Virus record (IMG/VR): IMGVR_UViG_2713896729_000005
DNA length: 27,673 nt
DNA from: a virus
Taxonomy: Duplodnaviria > Heunggongvirae > Uroviricota > Caudoviricetes
Strand: one strand, 5' to 3'
In this document: positions 1 through 8,038 of the stretch, one piece after another
How the letters are laid out: each line of letters starts with the position of its first letter
How positions within the stretch are numbered: position 1 is the stretch's first letter
The notes under the pieces: generated by a model
What the model was told of the DNA's origin: nothing
The model's database searches: none
What the model saw: the letters and a program-made list of their open reading frames with translations, nothing else
Program-made: the position numbers and the translations under genes

Positions 1-1284
1 TTACTTCTTCGCCTCTGCAACCACTTTACTACCCACGCCGCGGTTATTGTATTCCCACATGCGGTTGTAGTTAGTGTCATTCAGATTGCGCTGTATTTCG
101 TCGTTATCATCTACGCTGCCGGTATTACCCGCAAACGGACGATTAGAGATCACCGCATCGGCCCACGGTTTAGCCGTGTTAAAACCTTCGTTGATGGCGC
201 TATCACGGATCACCACCTGACCGTTGGTATTGGCATCAACATCCAGCGAGCGGCCCAGTTGCGCCACACCATCACCGAAAGCATTGAAACGGCTGTTTAC
301 GGCGAGGAAACCGTAGTAAATGTTGGACAGCGTAGCCGGTGCAAACACATACGCTTCTTGCTGAGTACGTGAGTTCACCACGCGGAATTCGGTGTTATCG
401 AACACCACTGCGCCGCGACCAGAAACGATATCCACATCCCCTTCAATGTAGCTGTTGGTCACCAGCGTACGCGGCTGACGATTCGTTTCCAGACGGTTCT
501 GCACACCGCTGTTGGTGACAAAGAAGGTGTTCTGACGACCGAGAATGTTAACGTTGTTAATCTGTACCTGGTCACCATCAGTACGCAGTGCCACCGCCGG
601 ATGGTTACCTGCATCTACGCTATCGCCCAGCGTGTTTTCGATGGTCAGATTTTGCAGTTGCAGGCCATTGTTTTGTGACCAGAAGACCGCAGAGCAGAGA
701 ACACCGATACTGTCGCTGCGTTTGCTCTGGCAGCTATCGTACATATACCACGCTGGTTTACCTGGCATATATTTGCCGCGCGGGTTGACGTCGTGACGCC
801 AGTCGGCAGGGCTCATGCCACCATCAAGGGAAAGCCCAATCTTCACATCAATCGGTTTTTCACCTGTACCGTACAGAGTAATTCCACCCGGAGCGGCAGG
901 GACATATACCGTTCCCTGATACTCACCAGGCATCACGGCAATATACTGGCGCTTGTTGGTACGCTTGATAATTGCCGCATCTACCGCCGCCTGAATCGTG
1001 GTATGCGTTACACCTTGAGTGCCCGCCGGGCCGACAACAAAGTCAGGTTGCGCAGGCAGGGTAATCGGGGAAGGATTCCACGCTGCAGCACCTGGTGTCA
1101 GGGATGCAAAATAGTGTTGAGCATCGAAATTCTGCGCTTCTTTTGCCGACAGAATCGGGCGAGAAGAGGTACCAGGCGCGGTTTGATCAGAAGGACGTTG
1201 ATCGGGCGGGGTTGAGCTACAGGCGGTCAGCGTCACGCCAAAAGCCAATGCCAGCGCCAGACGGGAAACTGAAAATGTGTTCAC
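1..1284 (-). CDS. ybhC: YbhC, pectinesterase-family lipoprotein; host gene flanking the lambda attachment site
   Basis: 427-aa ORF with N-terminal lipoprotein signal (LTAC lipobox) and pectinesterase-like repeats; recognised from memory as the E. coli gene next to attB-lambda, consistent with the att core found 47 bp away. Confidence 0.85.
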   Translation of the reverse strand: MNTFSVSRLALALAFGVTLTACSSTPPDQRPSDQTAPGTSSRPILSAKEAQNFDAQHYFASLTPGAAAWNPSPITLPAQPDFVVGPAGTQGVTHTTIQAAVDAAIIKRTNKRQYIAVMPGEYQGTVYVPAAPGGITLYGTGEKPIDVKIGLSLDGGMSPADWRHDVNPRGKYMPGKPAWYMYDSCQSKRSDSIGVLCSAVFWSQNNGLQLQNLTIENTLGDSVDAGNHPAVALRTDGDQVQINNVNILGRQNTFFVTNSGVQNRLETNRQPRTLVTNSYIEGDVDIVSGRGAVVFDNTEFRVVNSRTQQEAYVFAPATLSNIYYGFLAVNSRFNAFGDGVAQLGRSLDVDANTNGQVVIRDSAINEGFNTAKPWADAVISNRPFAGNTGSVDDNDEIQRNLNDTNYNRMWEYNNRGVGSKVVAEAKK

Positions 1285-1330
1285 AGGTTGCTCCGGGCTA
1301 TGAAATAGAAAAATGAATCCGTTGAAGCCT

Positions 1331-1345
1331 GCTTTTTTATACTAA
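1331..1345. other. attL: attL core (lambda att common core GCTTTTTTATACTAA); left prophage/host junction
   Basis: Exact 15-bp lambda core sequence, followed by sequence I recognise as the lambda P' arm (GTTGGCATTATAAAAAAGCATTGCTTATCAATTTGTTGCAACGAACAGGTCACTATCAGTCAAAATAAAATCATTATTTGATTTC) leading into int. Confidence 0.85.
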
Positions 1346-1418
1346 GTTGGCATTATAAAAAAGCATTGCTTATCAATTTGTTGCAACGAACAGGTCACTA
1401 TCAGTCAAAATAAAATCA

Positions 1419-2489
1419 TTATTTGATTTCAATTTTGTCCCACTCCCTGCCTCTGTCATCACGATACTGTGATGCCATGGTGTCCGACTTATGCCCGAGA
1501 AGATGTTGAGCAAACTTATCGCTTATCTGCTTCTCATAGAGTCTTGCAGACAAACTGCGCAACTCGTGAAAGGTAGGCGGATCCCCTTCGAAGGAAAGAC
1601 CTGATGCTTTTCGTGCGCGCATAAAATACCTTGATACTGTGCCGGATGAAAGCGGTTCGCGACGAGTAGATGCAATTATGGTTTCTCCGCCAAGAATCTC
1701 TTTGCATTTATCAAGTGTTTCCTTCATTGATATCCCGAGAGCATCAACATGCAATGTTGTTGGGATGGCAATTTTTACGCCTGTTTTGCTTTGCTCGACA
1801 TAAAGATATCCATCTACGATATCAGACCACTTCATTTCGCATAAATCACCAACTCGTTGCCCGGTAACAACAGCCAGTTCCATTGCAAGTCTGAGCCAAC
1901 ATGGTGATGATTCTGCTGCTTGATAAATTTTCAGGTATTCGTCAGCCGTAAGTCTTGATCTCCTTACCTCTGATTTTGCTGCGCGAGTGGCAGCGACAGG
2001 GTTTGTTGTTATATGGCCTTCAGCTATTGCCTCTCGGAATGCATCGCTCAGTGTTGATCTGATTAACTTGGCTGACGCCGCCTTGCCCTCGTCTATGTAT
2101 CCATTGAGCATTGCCGCAATTTCTTTTGTGGTGATGTCTTCAAGTGGAGCATCAGGCAGACCCCTCCTTATTGCTTTAATTTTGCTCATGTAATTTATGA
2201 GTGTCTTCTGCTTGATTCCTCTGCTGGCCAGGATTTTTTCGTAGCGATCAAGCCATGAATGTAACGTAACGGAATTATCACTGTTGATTCTCGCTGTCAG
2301 AGGCTTGTGTTTGTGTCCTGAAAATAACTCAATGTTGGCCTGTATAGCTTCAGTGATTGCGATTCGCCTGTCTCGGCCTAATCCAAACTCTTTACCCGTC
2401 CTTGGGTCCCTGTAGCAGTAATATCCATTGTTTCTTATATAAAGGTTAGGGGGTAAATCCCGGCGCTCATGACTTCGCCTTCTTCCCAT
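1419..2489 (-). CDS. int: Lambda-type tyrosine integrase Int
   Basis: 356-aa translation (MGRRRSHERRDLPPNLYIRNNGYYCYRDPRTGKEFGLGRDRRIAITEAIQ...) matches remembered lambda Int in length and sequence; adjacent to att core. Confidence 0.95.
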   Translation of the reverse strand: MGRRRSHERRDLPPNLYIRNNGYYCYRDPRTGKEFGLGRDRRIAITEAIQANIELFSGHKHKPLTARINSDNSVTLHSWLDRYEKILASRGIKQKTLINYMSKIKAIRRGLPDAPLEDITTKEIAAMLNGYIDEGKAASAKLIRSTLSDAFREAIAEGHITTNPVAATRAAKSEVRRSRLTADEYLKIYQAAESSPCWLRLAMELAVVTGQRVGDLCEMKWSDIVDGYLYVEQSKTGVKIAIPTTLHVDALGISMKETLDKCKEILGGETIIASTRREPLSSGTVSRYFMRARKASGLSFEGDPPTFHELRSLSARLYEKQISDKFAQHLLGHKSDTMASQYRDDRGREWDKIEIK

Positions 2490-2685
2490 TTCTGATCCTC
2501 TTCAAAAGGCTACCTGTTACTGGTCGATTTAAGTCAACCTTTACCGCTGATTCGTGGAACAGATATTCTCTTCCATCCTTAACCGGAGGAGGGAATATCC
2601 TGCATTCGCGCACCCATCGACGAACTGTTTCAAGGCTTCTTGGGCGTCGCTGGCGAGCGTTCCACTCCTGAAGTGTCAAGTACAT
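2467..2685 (-). CDS. xis: Lambda-type excisionase Xis
   Basis: 72-aa ORF MYLTLQEWNARQRRPRSLETVRRWVRECRIFPPPVKDGREYLFHESAVKVDLNRP..., overlaps int start as in lambda. Confidence 0.92.
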   Translation of the reverse strand: MYLTLQEWNARQRRPRSLETVRRWVRECRIFPPPVKDGREYLFHESAVKVDLNRPVTGSLLKRIRNGKKAKS

Positions 2686-2903
2686 CGCAAAGTCTCCGCA
2701 ATTACACGCAAGAAAAAACCGCCATCAGGCGGCTTGGTGTTCTTTCAGTTCTTCAATTCGAATATTGGTTACGTCTGCATGTGCTATCTGCGCCCACAGC
2801 ATCCAGTGGTCATAGCAGTCGCTGATGTTCTCGGCTTCGATAACTCTGTTGAATGGTTCTCCATTCTATTCACCTGTGACTCGGAAGTGCATTTATCATC
2901 TCC

Positions 2904-2960
2904 ATAAAAAAACTCGCCGTAGCGAGTTCAGATAAAAGAAATCCTCGTCAGTGCGAGGAT
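2904..2960 (-). terminator. Two tandem hairpins with T-runs on the minus strand (intrinsic-terminator-like) upstream of xis
   Basis: Inverted repeats AACTCGC-CGTA-GCGAGTT (2911-2928, followed on minus strand by a T-run) and ATCCTCG-TCAGTG-CGAGGAT (2941-2960). Confidence 0.4.
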
Positions 2961-3132
2961 GCTGTTCATTGCTGCTATACACTTTTTTGCTCTCAACGTA
3001 AGCGGTAGCCCATTCTGTTGGGTTGGTGCAGTTGCTTTTAGGAAATGCTATTTACCCCTTAAATGTCGGCTGAAAGAGCTAAAATCCATGCAAAAAATTT
3101 ACGCAATTTTGTGTATTATTGTGCAGTAAGTA

Positions 3133-3735
3133 ATGAGCTATTTTCTGCGCAAAAAATGGATGGTAAATTTGTCCGGGTCAGGAAAAATTTTATGGGCGCT
3201 AAACATGAAAAAAGATTCGTATCCTTATTTGATTTGCATGACAGTTTCAGGGCTGATCTTTATTTTCCTTTTCTTCTGGTGGCGGGCAGATATCTACAGG
3301 GTCACGTTTCTTAATCAGAGTATATCCCACTATTACATTCTGTTTAGCATGGGAATAGCTTTTCTGTTATCTCTGTTTTGGGTTAAGAAGGGGATAGTAA
3401 AACAAAGCGGCTGGAAGAGTCTGTCAGCATACCTTAAGGTTTATGCAGGGATGTGCATATTTGCTGGATTTTTTCTGATTATACCCCTTACGACACTAAC
3501 TTATTTTTTGCCTGGAGAGACATCGTCTTACGTTGCACCGTATCGGTATACTTCCGGTAGTTCAAAAAGTTGTTCTGGAGCTGAGGTGGATGACCCCGAT
3601 CTACATGAGAATATTCGCATTTGCTATCCGTATGGCAATTATGAGTACGATAATATTATCTATGTTGAAAAGAAAATTAATATATTAGGTGCGGTAGTGA
3701 CATATGCACAGACCGCGCGTGATGATACTGAATGA
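3133..3735 (+). CDS. Hypothetical polytopic membrane protein (3 predicted TM helices, about 70-aa hydrophilic C-terminal domain); AT-rich opposite-strand insertion
   Basis: 200-aa ORF; hydrophobic segments LICMTVSGLIFIFLFFWW, YYILFSMGIAFLLSLFWV, VYAGMCIFAGFFLIIPLTTLTYFL; start ambiguous (alternative ATG at 3205, MKKDSYPYL...); a second overlapping frame (3063..3314) is less convincing. Confidence 0.6.
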   Translation: MSYFLRKKWMVNLSGSGKILWALNMKKDSYPYLICMTVSGLIFIFLFFWWRADIYRVTFLNQSISHYYILFSMGIAFLLSLFWVKKGIVKQSGWKSLSAYLKVYAGMCIFAGFFLIIPLTTLTYFLPGETSSYVAPYRYTSGSSKSCSGAEVDDPDLHENIRICYPYGNYEYDNIIYVEKKINILGAVVTYAQTARDDTE

Positions 3736-3769
3736 TATAGTATATAGCGGGCAAGTTTTAGTTAATTTA

Positions 3770-3793
3770 TCGAGGTAATATAATTTACCTCGA
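3770..3793 (+). terminator. Hairpin downstream of the membrane-protein ORF (possible intrinsic terminator)
   Basis: Perfect inverted repeat TCGAGGTAA-TATAAT-TTACCTCGA 35 nt after the stop codon; T-rich sequence follows. Confidence 0.4.
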
Positions 3794-3945
3794 CTCGTTT
3801 GTTCTGGTATTAATATTTCGCTTTACGACCGATTTTTATCTGATGATATCATGCGGTTTTCATATACTGACTTACTGTCTTTTCTCCGTTAGCGATTTTC
3901 TCCTGCTCAGCGATGATTTTATCTTTGGCTTCTAGTTAATTTCGC

Positions 3946-4167
3946 TCACTTCGAACCTCTCTGTTTACTGATAAGCTCCAGATCTTGCTGGCAACTGGCA
4001 CAAGTCCGACAACCCTGAACGGCCAGTCGTCTTCGTTCATCTATCGGATCGCCACACTCACAACAATGAGTGGCAGATATAGCCTGGTGGTTCAGGCGGC
4101 GCATTTTTATTGCTGTGTTGCGCTGTAATTCTTCAATTTCTGATGCTGAATCAATTATGTCTGCCAT
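3946..4167 (-). CDS. TraR/DksA-family C4 zinc-finger protein (lambda orf73-like)
   Basis: 73-aa ORF with CCECGDPIDERRRLAVQGCRTCASCQ four-cysteine motif typical of TraR/DksA. Confidence 0.8.
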   Translation of the reverse strand: MADIIDSASEIEELQRNTAIKMRRLNHQAISATHCCECGDPIDERRRLAVQGCRTCASCQQDLELISKQRGSK

Positions 4168-4265
4168 CTTTCATTAATCCCTGAATTGTTGGTTAATACG
4201 CTTGAGGGTGAATGCGAATAATAAAAAAGGAGCCTGTAGCTCCCTGATGATTTTGCTTTTCATGT

Positions 4266-4547
4266 TCACCGTTCCTTAAAGACGCCGTTCAACATGCCGA
4301 TCGCCAGGCTTAAATGAGTCGGTGTGAATCCCATCAGCGTTACCGTTTCGCGGTGCTTCTTTAGTACGCTACGGCAAATGTCATCGACGTTTTTATCCGG
4401 AAACTGCTGTCTGGCTTTTTTGATTTCAGAATTAGCCTGACGGGCAATGCTGCGAAGGGCGTTTTCTTGCTGAGGTGTCATTGAACAAGCCCCATGTCGG
4501 CAAGCATAAGCACACAGAATATGAAGCCCGCTGCCAGAAAAATGCAT
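4266..4547 (-). CDS. Small early-left protein of the lambda exo-xis region (orf61-like); start uncertain
   Basis: ORF in pL operon orientation between TraR-like gene and orf63-like gene; an internal ATG giving 71 aa (MTPQQENALRSIARQ...) may be the true start. Confidence 0.55.
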   Translation of the reverse strand: MHFSGSGLHILCAYACRHGACSMTPQQENALRSIARQANSEIKKARQQFPDKNVDDICRSVLKKHRETVTLMGFTPTHLSLAIGMLNGVFKER

Positions 4548-4557
4548 TCAGTGGTTG

Positions 4558-4749
4558 TCATACCTGGTCTCTCTCATCTGCTTCTGCTTTCGCCACCATC
4601 ATTTCCAGCTTTTGTGAAAGGGATGCGGCTAACGTATGAAATTCTTCGTCTGTTTCTACTGGTATTGGCACAAACCTGACTCCAATTTGAGCGAGGCTAT
4701 GTGCCATCTCGATACTCGTTCTTAATTCAACGGGAGATGCTTTGTGCAT
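4558..4749 (-). CDS. Small early-left protein, lambda orf63-like
   Basis: 63-aa [26 protein letters not shown]... matching remembered lambda orf63. Confidence 0.7.
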   Translation of the reverse strand: MHKASPVELRTSIEMAHSLAQIGVRFVPIPVETDEEFHTLAASLSQKLEMMVAKAEADERDQV

Positions 4750-4910
4750 ACAGCTCCCCGTTTATTATTTATCTCCTCAGCCAGCCGCTGGGCTTTCAGC
4801 GGATTTCGGATAACAGAAAGGCCGGGAAATACCCAGCCTCGCTTTGTAACGGAGTAGACGAAAGTGATCGCGCCTACCCGGATATTATCGTGAGGATGCT
4901 TCATTGCCAT
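4722..4910 (-). CDS. Small early-left protein immediately downstream of exo (lambda orf60a/orf61-family position)
   Basis: 62-aa [34 protein letters not shown]..., overlaps exo stop; syntenic with lambda. Confidence 0.65.
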   Translation of the reverse strand: MAMKHPHDNIRVGAITFVYSVTKRGWVFPGLSVIRNPLKAQRLAEEINNKRGAVCTKHLPLN

Positions 4911-5581
4911 TGCTCCCCATATACAAAACCAATTTCAGCCAGTGCCTCGTCCATTTTTTCGATGAACTCCGGCACCATCTCGTCAAAACTCGCCATGTAC
5001 TTTTCATTCCGCTCAACCACGACGTAATGCAGGCCTTCACGCTTCATGCGCGGGTCATAGTTGGCAAAGTACCAGGCATCTTTTCGCGTCACCCACATGC
5101 TGTACTGCACCTGGGCCATGTAAGCCGATTTTATTGCCTCGAAACCACCGAGCCGGAATTTCATGAAATCCCGGGAGGTAAACGGGCATTTCAGTTCAAG
5201 GCCGTTGCCGTCACTGCATAAACCATCGGGAGAGCAGGCGGTGCGCATATTTTCGTCGCGATAGATGATCGGGGATTCAGTAATATTCACGCCGGAAGTG
5301 AATTCAAACAGGGTTCTGGCGTCGTTCTCGTACTGTTTTCCCCAGGCCAGCGCCTTAGCATTAACTTCCGGAGCCACACCGGTGCAAACCTCAGCCAGCA
5401 GGGTGTGGAAGTAGGACATTTTCATGTCAGGCCACTTCTTTCCTGAGCGGGGCTTTGCTATCACGTTGTGAACTTCTGAAGCGGTGATGACGCCGAGCCG
5501 TAATTTGTGCCATGCATCATCCCCCTGTTCGACAACTCTCACGTCGATCCCGGTACGCTGCAGGATAATGTCCGGTGTCAT
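4901..5581 (-). CDS. exo: Lambda exonuclease (Red-alpha), 5'-3' dsDNA exonuclease
   Basis: 226-aa translation [65 protein letters not shown]... matches lambda Exo. Confidence 0.95.
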   Translation of the reverse strand: MTPDIILQRTGIDVRVVEQGDDAWHKLRLGVITASEVHNVIAKPRSGKKWPDMKMSYFHTLLAEVCTGVAPEVNAKALAWGKQYENDARTLFEFTSGVNITESPIIYRDENMRTACSPDGLCSDGNGLELKCPFTSRDFMKFRLGGFEAIKSAYMAQVQYSMWVTRKDAWYFANYDPRMKREGLHYVVVERNEKYMASFDEMVPEFIEKMDEALAEIGFVYGEQWQ

Positions 5582-6363
5582 GCTGCCACCTTCTGCTCAG
5601 TGGCTTTCTGTTTAAGGAATCCAAGAGCTTTCACTGCTTCGGCCTGTGTCAGTTCTGACGATGCGCGAATGTCGCGGCGAAATATCTGGGAACAGAGCGG
5701 CAATAAGTCGTCATCCCATGTTTTATCCAGGGCGATCAGCAGAGTGTTAATCTCCTGCATGGTTTCATCGTTAACCGGAGTGATGTCGCGTTCCGGCTGA
5801 CGTTCTGCAGTGTATGCAGTATTTTCGACAATGCGCTCGGCTTCATCCTTGTCATAGATACCAGCAAATCCGAAGGCCAGACGGGCACACTGAATCATGG
5901 CTTTATGCCGTAACATCCGTTTGGGATGCGACTGCCACGGCCCCGTGATTTCTCTGCCTTCGCGGGTTTTGAATGGTTCGCGGCGGCATTCATCCATCCA
6001 CTCGGTAACGCAGATCGGATGATTGCGGTCTTTGCGGTAAATCCGGCATGTGCAGGATTCGTTGTCCTGTTCAAAGTCCATGCCGTCAAACTGCTGGTTT
6101 TCGTTGATGATGCGGGACCAGCCATCAACGCCCACCACCGGAACGATGCCGTTCTGCTTATCAGGGAAGGCGTAAATTTCTTTCGTCCACGGATTAAGAC
6201 CGTACTGGTTGGCGACGATCAGCAATGCGATGAACTGCGCATCGCTGGCATCACCTTTAAATGCCGTCTGGCGAAGAGTGGTGATCAGTTCCTGTGGGTC
6301 GACAGAATCCATGCCGACTCGTTCAGCCAGCTTCCCAGCCAGCGTTGCGAGTGCTGTACTCAT
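5578..6363 (-). CDS. bet: Lambda Bet (Red-beta) single-strand annealing protein
   Basis: 261-aa translation [66 protein letters not shown]... matches lambda Bet; overlaps exo start. Confidence 0.95.
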   Translation of the reverse strand: MSTALATLAGKLAERVGMDSVDPQELITTLRQTAFKGDASDAQFIALLIVANQYGLNPWTKEIYAFPDKQNGIVPVVGVDGWSRIINENQQFDGMDFEQDNESCTCRIYRKDRNHPICVTEWMDECRREPFKTREGREITGPWQSHPKRMLRHKAMIQCARLAFGFAGIYDKDEAERIVENTAYTAERQPERDITPVNDETMQEINTLLIALDKTWDDDLLPLCSQIFRRDIRASSELTQAEAVKALGFLKQKATEQKVAA

Positions 6364-6368
6364 CCGTT

Positions 6369-6665
6369 TTATACCTCTGAATCAATATCAACCTGGTGGT
6401 GAGCAATGGTTTCAACCATGTACCGGATGTGTTCTGCCATGCGCTCCTGAAACTCAACATCGTCATCAAACGCACGGGTAATGGCTTTTTTGCTGACCCC
6501 GTGGCGTTGCAAATGATCGATGCATAGCGATTCAAACAGGTGCTGGGGCAGGCCTTTTTCCATGTCGTCTGCCAGTTCTGCCTCTTTCTCTTCACGGGCG
6601 ATCTGCTGGTAGTGACGCGCCCAGCTCTGAGCCTCAAGACGATCCTGAATGTAATAAGCGTTCAT
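6369..6665 (-). CDS. gam: Gam (98-aa GamS form), RecBCD inhibitor
   Basis: 98-aa [59 protein letters not shown]...; the longer GamL N-terminal extension is not in frame here. Confidence 0.9.
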   Translation of the reverse strand: MNAYYIQDRLEAQSWARHYQQIAREEKEAELADDMEKGLPQHLFESLCIDHLQRHGVSKKAITRAFDDDVEFQERMAEHIRYMVETIAHHQVDIDSEV

Positions 6666-6740
6666 GGCTGAACTCCTGAAAATGGCTGTGAAAATATCGC
6701 CCGCGAAATGCCAGGCTGATTAGGAAAACAGGAAAGGGGA

Positions 6741-6947
6741 TTAGTGATTCAGGCCGTTACCGCGTCCGTCGAGAAAAACTTCTACGAGCAAATCACGGGT
6801 ATAAGTGCGCTCGATGCCGCGATGCAGATAAAGCCGTCCGCGTAAATTAGCTGATGCAGTCCAGGTACCATCTTTGTGTTTGACCAGCATTCCTGGCATG
6901 ACCGCACCGCGATTAACGGTCTGCGTTCCGTAATGTTGATGAACCAT
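6741..6947 (-). CDS. KilR-like putative host cell-division inhibitor
   Basis: C-terminal 68 aa of the 136-aa ORF ([68 protein letters not shown]) align by eye with Rac KilR (shared ASAN...LY...VFL.R.G pattern); good RBS (CAGGAG) before this internal ATG. Confidence 0.55.
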   Translation of the reverse strand: MVHQHYGTQTVNRGAVMPGMLVKHKDGTWTASANLRGRLYLHRGIERTYTRDLLVEVFLDGRGNGLNH

Positions 6948-7168
6948 AAAAACTCCTGCCCGTAAGCTGGGCTGCTGAACATATAGAGACTTCTGCGCGT
7001 ATTCAGGCGGTGGATGGCCGCCGGTTGTCATAACTAAGCCGCCTCGTTGAAGCGACTGAGGTATAAAGTGTTGTGTTGATTTCAGCTGGTCACACCGACG
7101 TTCACGCGTCCGTTTCACCCCTCGCACTCCCCGAAGCCTGCTGAAATTCAAACTGCGGATCTAAGCGG

Positions 7169-7220
7169 TCATCGCAACGGTGAAACAGGTGGTTACCGTA
7201 TCGTTGTGTCGTTGCGATGA
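7169..7220 (-). promoter_or_regulatory. 11-bp perfect inverted repeat (TCATCGCAACG ... CGTTGCGATGA, 30-nt loop) in the leader of the leftward early transcript
   Basis: Seen directly in sequence, between the operator cluster and the Kil-like gene; function unknown. Confidence 0.35.
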
Positions 7221-7224
7221 ATTT

Positions 7225-7290
7225 AATTTAAAACTATAGTTGTTTTATCGTCAACAACAAAAGTTGTTTTGTCGGTTGTTTTAAATATAA
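7225..7290. promoter_or_regulatory. Leftward operator/promoter region (OL-like) with repeated AAAAC...GTTGTTTT sites
   Basis: Sites AAAACTATAGTTGTTTT (7230-7246), AACAAAAGTTGTTTT, CGGTTGTTTT; the 17-mer is nearly identical to a site in the cI-cro intergenic region (8784-8800, opposite orientation). Confidence 0.5.
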
Positions 7291-7394
7291 CTGGTTGTAT
7301 TTAGGATGGATTTATTTTGTGACTTGCATCGCATAGCGATAACTGAAGTGAGGTGTGGTGGTTTTTTGGACGGTATGAGTTATGAGGGGGAGGA

Positions 7395-7420
7395 AAAGAA
7401 AACCCGGCGCGGTTGCCGGG
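7395..7420 (-). terminator. Intrinsic terminator downstream of the lipoprotein gene
   Basis: GC-rich hairpin CCCGGC-GCGGTT-GCCGGG 9 nt after the stop, followed on the minus strand by a T-rich run. Confidence 0.6.
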
Positions 7421-7428
7421 TATGATTA

Positions 7429-7809
7429 TCAGTCAGCCCAACCTGATTTCGAGTTTATTTGGGTTTCTGACATTGTGTATTTCTTAATCGTGTCATCGTT
7501 AAAAAGAATAGTAAGTTCTTTTTTCGTACCGTTCGTTCCATTATGGAATAATCCATAGAATGGAATAAAAGTGGTGCCATTAACTTTTACTTTTGCAAAG
7601 GCGTACTTCCAGATCTCGTTTCCACTGTCAGTATATGAAACAGCATCAGGAGAACCAAAGTAAGATTTAACCTCATTCTTGGTTGTTTTACCTTCCTGAA
7701 GTTTAGACTGGACACTAATTTCAGTTTCATTTTTGAGTTGCTGGTTGCCTGAAGAAGCACACCCAGCCAATACAGATGCCATCATGGCAGCGATTAGGAT
7801 TTTTCTCAT
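7429..7809 (-). CDS. Hypothetical secreted lipoprotein (126 aa) in the immunity region
   Basis: Signal peptide plus lipobox MRKILIAAMMASVLAGC; AT-rich; located between the repressor gene and OL, with its own terminator. Confidence 0.75.
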   Translation of the reverse strand: MRKILIAAMMASVLAGCASSGNQQLKNETEISVQSKLQEGKTTKNEVKSYFGSPDAVSYTDSGNEIWKYAFAKVKVNGTTFIPFYGLFHNGTNGTKKELTILFNDDTIKKYTMSETQINSKSGWAD

Positions 7810-7824
7810 TTTATGTTTCCATTC

Positions 7825-7830
7825 ATTATA
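7825..7830 (-). promoter_or_regulatory. Consensus -10 hexamer TATAAT (minus strand) 15 nt upstream of the lipoprotein start codon
   Basis: Sequence only; no convincing -35 element identified. Confidence 0.3.
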
Positions 7831-8038
7831 ATCAGAAACATCTTAACATAATGATTCGAAATAAAAACCGCTACGAGATAGGGGGACATTTTGCTGACAG
7901 TAGCAACAAATCTCAGCTAACAACGAGAATATTTACTGAAATATGCAAACAGATTTGGCGTTCTTATAGAGAATTTAGTGCAATATCTAATCCGAGTGGT
8001 ATAAACCTTAACCTTCGCTCCCTTAAGTCGTAGATAAA

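Noticed and set aside
545-1316. Four plus-strand ORFs (545..796, 588..788, 793..1215, 1095..1316) inside ybhC
   Set aside because: Antisense to a well-supported 427-aa gene; no RBS or family support; typical shadow ORFs of a GC-rich coding region.
2554-2907. Plus-strand ORFs 2554..2907 and 2640..2825 overlapping xis
   Set aside because: Antisense to xis and its upstream region; no independent support.
5895-6637. ORFs antisense to or overlapping bet and gam (5895..6128, 5926..6402, 6209..6481, 6323..6637)
   Set aside because: Lie within well-supported bet and gam coding sequence in other frames; lambda kil lies upstream of gam, not here.
6948-7151. N-terminal 68 codons of the 136-aa ORF 6741..7151
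   Set aside because: Similarity to KilR starts at the internal ATG with a good RBS; the upstream extension is more likely untranslated leader. An arginine-rich stretch there was considered as a possible N-like peptide but is too short and lacks context.
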